A stretch of DNA of 64,000 bases. Origin: an uncultured Acidobacteriota bacterium. GTDB taxonomy: Bacteria > Acidobacteriota > Vicinamibacteria > Vicinamibacterales > SCN-69-37. The DNA lies in assembly GCA_963780855.1 (NCBI GenBank), contig CAWADF010000002.1, positions 319,761 to 383,760 on the forward strand, written 5' to 3'. The notes under the pieces are model-generated. The model had not been told where the DNA came from, ran no database searches, and worked only from the letters and a program-made list of their open reading frames with translations. How positions within the stretch are numbered: position 1 is the first letter of the stretch; each line of letters begins with the position of its first letter. A program made the translations under genes and the position numbers. Positions 55,692 through 64,000 of this stretch are shown here, in pieces.

Positions 55692-56946
55692 ATGCCGCGC
55701 CGCCGCAGGATCCGCGTCCGCGCTGGCGGTCGTGCCGCGCTCCTGGCCGGCGGATCGCGGCCGACGCCCGCGCGCGGCGCAGGCCGCCCGACCGCCTACG
55801 TCTCCGCGGGCGGCCGCGTCACCTGTCGGGGGCGACGTCACCGTGGTCGCCGGACCGACGCGACGACACGGCGTTCTTCAACTACACCGACTACGAACAC
55901 AACGCCTTGCGGGTGGCCCGCCTGCGGCTGCTCGGCGAGTGGCGCTTGCCCGACGCGCTGTCGCGTGCTCGGCGAGCTGCGGACCGAGAACGGCGACGGC
56001 GTCCAGGTCTCCGGCGCTGTACCTGCGCTGGCAGCCCTTGGCCGGCCGCGACTTCGACGTCCAGGTCGGGCGGATTCCGCCGGTCATCGGCGCGTTCGCC
56101 CGCCGCGCCTACGGCCGCGACAACGCCGTCATCGGCTCGCCGCTCGCCTATCAGTACCTGACGTCCCTGCGGCCGGACGCGCTGCCCGCCAACGTCGACG
56201 ACCTGCTGCGATGCGCGGCCGGGGCTGGCAGCCCAGCTTTCCGATCGGCTCGCAGGACGCTGGCACCGGGCGTGCCGCGTCGTCTCGTCCTTCCGCTGGG
56301 ACACGGGCGTCGAGGCGCACGTGGCGAACGGGCGTGTTCGATCTGGCGGGCGCGGTCACGCTCGGGATCGCCCGCCGGCGCCCCGTCGTGCGCGATACCA
56401 ACGACGGGCTGCGAGTGGTCGGGCCGTGCGGCCGTGCCGTCTGCCTGGCGGCTTACGCGTGGGTGTCTCGGCGGCGCGCGGCGCGTGGATCGACCGCAGC
56501 GCGATGAGCTGGTTCCTGCCGGATCTGCGGCACCACAACAGCGCAGACCCTCGTCGGCGTCGACGTCGAGTGCGGGCGTCGGCCACTGGCTGCTCCGCGG
56601 CGGAGTGGGTGCACGCGGTCTTCGACCTGCCGTTCGTCGGCGACGCCGCGATCCTGCGGCCGCTCGGGACCTCGTCCGGCTTCGTGGAGGGGCGCTATCG
56701 GTTCCATCCGCGCTGGCAGGTGTCGGCTCGCGTCGAGCATCTGGGATTCAGCGAGATTCGCGGCACACTCAACGGCGGCCTGCCCACGTCCTGGGAGGCG
56801 CCGGTCAGACCGGGTCGAGGGCGTGCTCGGCTTCCGGGTGCGCCGCAATATCGAGGTGCGCGGCGGCTATCAGTAGAACTGGCGCGACGGCGGCCACGTG
56901 CAGCGAGCGCGGCTACCCCGCCCTGCTCGCGTCCATATGGTTCTGA
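55692..56946 (+). CDS. Putative outer-membrane beta-barrel protein (many frameshifts)
   Basis: FFNYTDYE, QVGRIPPVIGAF, IGSPLAYQYLTSLR; amphipathic strands; C-terminal ...SIWF beta-signal. Confidence 0.65.
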
Positions 56947-57615
56947 TGCGCGCCCCGCTGCTCCTGCTCGTCGCCGCGACGTCCGGCCTCGCGCTGGCCG
57001 CGCGCCCGTCGCCGCAGGCGCGGGACGGGCACGATTCGCGGTCGCGTTCAGATCGCGAGCGTGCCGCGCGCCGGCGGGCGTCCAACTATCGCCGATCTCG
57101 CCGCGCCTGCCATGGATCCGATCGATCGCCGGCGCTGCGTCGCGTACCTGGAGTCGGCGCCGCGCCAGGCCTTCGACGCAGCTCCGGACCGGACGCGTGC
57201 GCATGGATCAGCGCAACGAGCAGTTCGTTCCGCATCTGCTGGCGATCACCGTCGGCACGATCGTCGACTTCCCCAACAGCGACACGACGTTCCACAACGT
57301 CTTCTCGCTGGCGCGCGGCAACGCGTTCGACCTCGGACGATACCCGCCGGGCCACACGGGCGGTCCGGAAATTCGACACGCCGGGCATCGTGCCCGTCTT
57401 CGTGCGACATCCACTCGCACATGAGCGGGTACATCCTCGTCTTCAGTCATCCGTTCTTCGCCGTGACCGACGATGACGGCCGATACACGATCGGCGGGGT
57501 GCCGCCGGGCACCTACACGCTGCTGGTCTGGAGCGAGCTGGGCCGCGCCGACCCGCGCAACGTGACCGTGAGCGACGGCCAGATCGCCGAGGCCGATTTC
57601 CGCGTGGCGCGCTGA
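56946..57615 (+). CDS. Exported cupredoxin-like / carboxypeptidase-regulatory-like protein (frameshifted)
   Basis: MDQRNEQFVPH, FPNSD..FHNVFS, FDLGRY, CDIHSHMSG and VPPGTY; TGATG coupling. Confidence 0.78.
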
Positions 57616-57620
57616 CCGGC

Positions 57621-59371
57621 ATGAGCCTCCTGTCCTCGCTCACCAACCGCATCTTCCTGGCGAGTGCGCTGGTCGTCGTGATGGCGATCGGTGCCGCCGT
57701 CTACCGCGTCAACACGACCGTCACGCGACCAGGCCGAGCACGACCTTCGGGACGGCCTCGCGGAATCCGCCTCGCTCGTCGATCGAGCTCAGCCAGCGGC
57801 AATTCGCGGATTTCGCCGCGAAGGGGTCGCTGATCGCCGACCTGCCCAAGCTCAGCAACGCCGCCGCGCTCGACGATCCGCCGACGGTCCAGCCGATCGC
57901 GGAGGACTACCAGAAGAAGATCCTCGCGGACCTGTTCGTCGTGCTTGGCAGCAGCGATCGCGTGCTGGCCAACGCCGGCCGCATTCGCCCGCAGGCGGGC
58001 GACATCGAGGAGATCGCCAGCGCGTGCCGCCGGAGTCCCGACGGCACCACGTTCTGCGTCGTGCCCGGCGGCGTCATCCACGCCGTGGCGCTGCCGCTGG
58101 ATCCCGATCCGGCAGCCTCCTCGTGTCGGCTTCGGCCTGGACAAGCAGTTCGCGGCCGGCATCAAGGCGGTCACCGACAGCGACATCGTGATCGTCGCCG
58201 GCGACCGCATCGTGGCGTCGACGCTCGATCCCGAGAAGACGGCGGGCCTGCTCACGCCGGGCCGGCCGACCGGCGAGTTCGACCGCCAGCTCGGCGACGA
58301 GCGACTACGTCGGCCGTGTGCAGCCGCTCGGAAGCGGCGAGCAGCGGCGAAGAGCCGGTCGCGCTGGTCTTGCGGTCCCGGACGCAGCGGCTGGACTTCC
58401 TGCCGCGTCTGCACTGGCAGATCGTGGTGACCGGCGTCCTGGCCGTGCTGCTGGCCACGCTGGTCGCGTATGCGATTGCCCGGACCGTCACGCGTCCCGT
58501 GCGCGCGCTCACGGCGACCATGAGCGAGATGGCGGCCACGGGCGACCTGGCGCGCACGGTGCCGCCCGGGGGCGCGTGGGACGACGAAGACGCGCGCGCT
58601 CTGGCGGCCACGTTCCGGCAGCTGACGGGCGCGCTCGATCGCTTTCAGCGCGAGGCGGCGCAGCGCGAGCGGCTGTCCTCGCTCGGCCGGCTGTCCACCG
58701 TCGTCGCGCACGAAATCCGCAACCCGCTGATGATCATCAAGAGCGCGGTGCGCAACCTGCGCCGGCACGCGTCGCCAGATGTGGTCGCGGTCGCGGCGAA
58801 CATCGACGAGGAAGTCCAACGACTCAACCACGTCGTCACCGACGTGCTCGACTTCGCCCGTCCGATCCGCTTCGAGCTCGCGCCGGCCGACCTGCTGGAG
58901 ATCTGCCGCGACGCGGCCCAGGCCGCGCAGGCCGGGCCCGGAAGGCGTGCCGATCCGCCGTCGACACCAGCCGAGGCCACGGCGCCGATCGTGACGGACG
59001 CCGAGCGGGTGCGCGCGGTGCTCGTCAACGTGCTGGCGAACGCCCAGCAGGCCATGCAGTCGGTCGGCGCGACGCGACAGCCGGCGGGCCCGCGCCGCTC
59101 GATCCGAGGGCCCGGCGGGTGCGCGGCGACGGCCGCTGGCGGATCGAGGTGCAGCGACCGAGGGCCGGGCATCGCCGCGCGAGGACCTCGCCGCGATCTT
59201 CGAGCCGTTCTTCACGACCCGCCGCACCGGCTCCGGGCTCGGCCTGGCCATCGCGCGCAATATCATCGAGGGGCTGGGCGGCAGCGATCACCATCGACAG
59301 CCGGCGTGGACGCCGGCACGGTCGTCCGCATCGAGCTGCCCGACCGGCCCCCGGCAAGCGGAGGCATCCGC

Positions 59372-59375
<4 letters not shown>
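57621..59375 (+). CDS. HAMP-domain sensor histidine kinase (frameshifted)
   Basis: Two TM segments, HAMP, VAHEIRNPL, NVLANA, D.GPGI and FEPFFTTRRTGSGLGL. Confidence 0.9.
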
Positions 59376-60760
<1,385 letters not shown>

Positions 60761-60782
60761 CTCTGCGCCGGACGAGCCGGCT

Positions 60783-60817
60783 TTACGCCGTGAGTAAGGG
60801 CTTACCGCCGCCGTAAG
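60783..60817. promoter_or_regulatory. Tandem palindromes, probable upstream activator sequences
   Basis: TTAC-GCCGTGA-GTAA (60783-60797) and CTTAC-CGCCGCC-GTAAG (60801-60817). Confidence 0.65.
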
Positions 60818-60867
60818 GAATCGCCGTCGCCCGGCCCGCAGATCGGGCATTCCCGAGGCGCGGGCCC

Positions 60868-60883
60868 CGGCATCAACCTTGCT
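60868..60883 (+). promoter_or_regulatory. Sigma-54 (-24/-12) promoter
   Basis: CGGCATCAACCTTGCT: GG at 60869-60870, N10, GC at 60881-60882. Confidence 0.68.
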
Positions 60884-60893
60884 CTCTGATGAC

Positions 60894-61045
60894 GCGTGTG
60901 ATCGCAGATTCCACAGGGGGCGAGGCGGTGCCGCGCTCGTCGTGATTGGGGGACCGACGGTGCCTCGGTTTCGGTGCCGTGCCGAGGCCGCTGGAACGAT
61001 CGCCGGGCGTTGCCTCCCTGCCTCGCTCCCTTTGGAACCTGCCGG
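60894..61045 (+). ncRNA. Candidate sigma-54-dependent rod-shaped small RNA
   Basis: 60904-60928 pairs with 61018-61042 at 23 of 25 positions, plus three inner helices; wobble pairs favour the + strand; no credible ORF. Confidence 0.5.
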
Positions 61046-61054
61046 GACAGATCG

Positions 61055-62401
61055 TCATTCGATGAGGCGCAGATCGACGACACCGGGCGCGGGCCGGGTG
61101 ACGAACGTTTCCGACCGGCTGAGCGCCGGATAGCTCGACCGATAGGCGTCGAACCAGCGCGCGGCAAAGGCATCGGCGTCGGCCGCGTGTGCGAGCGCCC
61201 ATACGCTGCCGCCAAAGCCGGCCCCGAAGCTGCTCGACGCGAACGCGCCGTGCTCGCGCGCGAGGCCCGCGAGCAGCCTCGTCTCCGGAGTCTGGTTGTT
61301 GAGCAGGCGATCGGCGTCGGTCTGCGACGCGAGCGACAACTCCCCGATGGCCGCGACGTCGGCGCGACGGAAGGCGTCGGCCGCCTGCGGCACGCGCGCG
61401 TCCTCGGCGAGAAAGTGCGCCAGCCGCGTCTCCAGATCCTGCGCGGTGAAGCGGCCGCCTCCGCGATGGGCCGCCGCCAGACGGTGCAGTTCGTCGGCCG
61501 CGTCCGGCGCGCTGTCGAGAAACGCCGCGAGCGTCGGCCACGTGCCGCGGCCGACCTCGTTGGCCAGGTTGACCAGCGCGCGCGTACCGAGCGACGCTCG
61601 GTTGTAGCGATCCTTCGCGCTGCCCGCCTTGTCCGCCTGGATGCCGCTGGCCGCGACAACGAATCGCCAATCGTCGGGCACGCGGTCGTCGCTCAGGTGG
61701 CGCACGGGCACATAGGCGTACGCGCTGACGTGGTCCGCGCGGCCGGCCAGAATGGCGGTGTGGTCCTCGCTGCCGCCATGGGTGCCGACGCCGCTCGTGC
61801 CGGGCAGGGCGTTGAACGACAAGCCGTTCTCGACCGCGCCCAGGTACCCGGCCAGATCCAGCGTGGTGCCAATGGCCTTGCGCCAGTCGTCGCGCGCTTC
61901 GAGCTCGGCGCGCCGGATCAACGCCGTCGCCACGCCCACGACCAGGGCGCTCGAGCTGCTGAGCCCGGCCGCGCGCGGCAGGTCGCTCAGCACCGTGATG
62001 TCGGTCCCCAGATCCGCACCCGGAAAGTTGTACGCAAGGCGGCGCGACACGACCGCCACGTAGTTCGTCCAGCCGACGAAGCGCGTCTCCGGGTCGCGCG
62101 GGTCGATCTCGACGGCATCGCGCCAGCGGGCGTCAATCGCGCGCACGTGCCCGTCCGATCGCGGCGCGGCGACCACCGCGAAGCCGCGCGGCACGGCCGC
62201 GACGAGCGACCGGCCGCCCGCGTAGTCGGTGTGCTTGCCGAAGACCTCGATGCGTCCGGGCACGAACCAGCCCCACCGCGGCCGCCGGCCGGTGAGCCGC
62301 ACGAACGTCGCGGTGGCGTCGCTGACGAGGATGGCCCGGCTGCCGGCTTCGACGTCGCCGAAGCCGAGCGCGTGAAATCGGCGAACCAGCGCCTCAATCA
62401 C
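61055..62401 (-). CDS. Galactokinase-family (GHMP) kinase
   Basis: VPGRIEVFGKHTDYAGG, LPRAAGLSSSSA and GAGFGGS. Confidence 0.85.
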   Translation of the reverse strand: MIEALVRRFHALGFGDVEAGSRAILVSDATATFVRLTGRRPRWGWFVPGRIEVFGKHTDYAGGRSLVAAVPRGFAVVAAPRSDGHVRAIDARWRDAVEIDPRDPETRFVGWTNYVAVVSRRLAYNFPGADLGTDITVLSDLPRAAGLSSSSALVVGVATALIRRAELEARDDWRKAIGTTLDLAGYLGAVENGLSFNALPGTSGVGTHGGSEDHTAILAGRADHVSAYAYVPVRHLSDDRVPDDWRFVVAASGIQADKAGSAKDRYNRASLGTRALVNLANEVGRGTWPTLAAFLDSAPDAADELHRLAAAHRGGGRFTAQDLETRLAHFLAEDARVPQAADAFRRADVAAIGELSLASQTDADRLLNNQTPETRLLAGLAREHGAFASSSFGAGFGGSVWALAHAADADAFAARWFDAYRSSYPALSRSETFVTRPAPGVVDLRLIE

Positions 62402-63302
62402 GCCCGCGCCCTCGAAGGCGACGCGCCCGCCGTCGCTGCCCCATCAGTAGTCGTAGACGCCCTTGCCGACCTTGCGGCCGAGCCGTCCGCCTTGGACGTA
62501 CTGGGCCAGCAGCGGGCACGGCCGGTACTTCTCGCCAAGGCTGCGGTGAAGATACTCGAGGATGCTGAGGCGCGTGTCGAGCCCGACGAGGTCGACCAGC
62601 TCGAACGGCCCCATCGGGATGGTTGAGCCCGAGCTTGAGCGCCTTGTCGATGTCGCGCGCCGACGCGACGCCCTCCATCAGCATGTAGAACGCCTCGTTG
62701 CCGATCGAGGCGTTGACGCGCGTGGTGATGAAGCCGGGCGACTCGCGGACGAGCACCGTCTCCTTGCCCATGCGCCGCGCGACGGCTTCGACGGCCTCGA
62801 GCGTCTCGGGGCTCGACTCCAGCGCGCGGACGATCTCGACGAGCTTCATCTTGTGGACGGGATTGAAGAAGTGCATGCCGGCGACGCGCGACGGGCCGGC
62901 GGAGCGACCCGGCCATCTCCGTGATGCTGAGCGCGGACGTGTTCGTCGCGATGACCGCGCGCGGCCGGCGCGGCCCGCTCGATGTCCGCGAACAGCTTCA
63001 GCTTGAGGTCGATGCGCTCGGGCGCCGCCTCGATGACGAAGTCCGTCCCGCCGAGCGCGGCCGCGATGTCGCTCGAGGTCGAGAGACGCGCGAGCCCGGC
63101 GTCGGCATCGGCGGCCGTCGCCTTGCCGAGCTCCACGGCCTTGCGTGAAGATCGCCGTCGATCGAGCGTGCGCGGCGCGCTCGAGCTGGGCGATCGAGAC
63201 GTCGAACAGCCGCGTCGTCATAGCCGGCGGCCGCCGCGGCATGCGCGATGCCGTGGCCCATCGTGCCGGCGCCAAGCACGGTGACGGTCTGCAATGCGCC
63301 AT
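62398..63302 (-). CDS. 3-hydroxyacyl-CoA (3-hydroxybutyryl-CoA) dehydrogenase (frameshifted; stop at 62444 or 62398)
   Basis: LGAGTMGHGIA, IEAAPE, GMHFFNPV, PGFITTR and MGPFEL.DLVGLD. Confidence 0.9.
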
Positions 63303-63317
63303 CAACGTCGGGCGGTA

Positions 63318-64000
63318 TCAGCCCGCGAGACAGGCGTCGATGACGCTGACCGCGCGGTCGATGTCGGCTTCGGTGTTGTAGAAGTGCGGCGCGATGCGGA
63401 TGCCGGCGTTCGGCCGGTAGTCCACGATGACGTCGCGGGCGATGAGCTCGTCGGTCACGCGCCGCGCCGTCCGGCACGTCGATCACCACCGAACCGCCGC
63501 GCTCCGCGTCGGCCGTCGGGGTATTCAGGCGCCAGCCGCGCCGGGTCGGCTGCGTCCATCAGCCGCCGCGTCAGACGCAGCGACTTTTCGCGGATCGGCG
63601 GGCACGCCAATCTTCGCGACGATCTCGTAGCCAGCGCGCGCCGAGTACAGGGACGGCACGTTTGGCGTGCCGCTCTGAAAGCGCTCGACGCCCTCGGCGT
63701 ACTCGGATCGGCGCCCGTCTCGAACGCGAAGGGCGCGCGATGGCCCGCCCAGCCGACGACCGCGGGCTCGACCGTGGAGACCAGGTCCGGACGCACGTAG
63801 AGGTAGCCGGCGCCCGGTCCGCCGCACAGCCACTTCACCGATCCGCCGACGGCGAAATCCACGCCCAGGGCCGCCAGGTCGAGCGGCACCGTGCCGGCGG
63901 CCTGGTACACGTCGAGCACGACGCGCGCCCCCACCCGGTGCGCCTGCTCGACGACGGGCCGCACGTCCTGAAGCGCACCGCTCCGGAAGAGCACGAGCGA
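63318..64000 (-). CDS. Class V PLP enzyme, kynureninase-like (5' partial, frameshifted)
   Basis: LDVYQAAG, GGSVKWLCGGPG, RFQSGTP and IRIAPHFYN. Confidence 0.8.

Noticed and set aside
56873-56877. TAG near the end of the barrel gene as possible stop-codon readthrough
   Set aside because: It lies in an error-dense segment and there is no supporting recoding machinery in the window, so a sequencing error is more likely.
60894-61045. Assignment of the hairpin as 6S RNA, SRP RNA or a simple intrinsic terminator
   Set aside because: I see no SRP domain IV motif, no large 6S-like central bubble and no U-tract, and it is far longer than a terminator. It is left unassigned pending an Rfam search.

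Overview
A very GC-rich bacterial chromosomal segment with about 55 genes. The gene content (ADOP-type permease, PSD1/planctomycete-cytochrome plus DUF1501 pair, PD40-Omp85 proteins) suggests Acidobacteriota, probably Vicinamibacterales; this is inference. Many genes, including housekeeping ones, carry single-base frameshifts in blocks, which is most consistent with uncorrected long-read errors, so coordinates of frameshifted genes are approximate. I saw no rRNA, tRNA, CRISPR array, transposase or prophage. The main modules are a YbhGFSR-like TetR/HlyD/ABC/TolC efflux operon, a LytS/LytTR pair with LiaF-like genes, an NTase-like/TPM/LemA cluster, two paralogous gluzincin-PD40-Omp85 genes and several intergenic short-repeat elements. 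The best candidate for a new system is at 55692-61042: an operon encoding an outer-membrane barrel, a cupredoxin-like exported protein, a HAMP histidine kinase and a sigma-54 activator. It is followed directly by two tandem TTAC-N7-GTAA palindromes, a -24/-12 promoter and an ORF-free rod-shaped sequence of about 140 nt that looks like a sigma-54-dependent small RNA.
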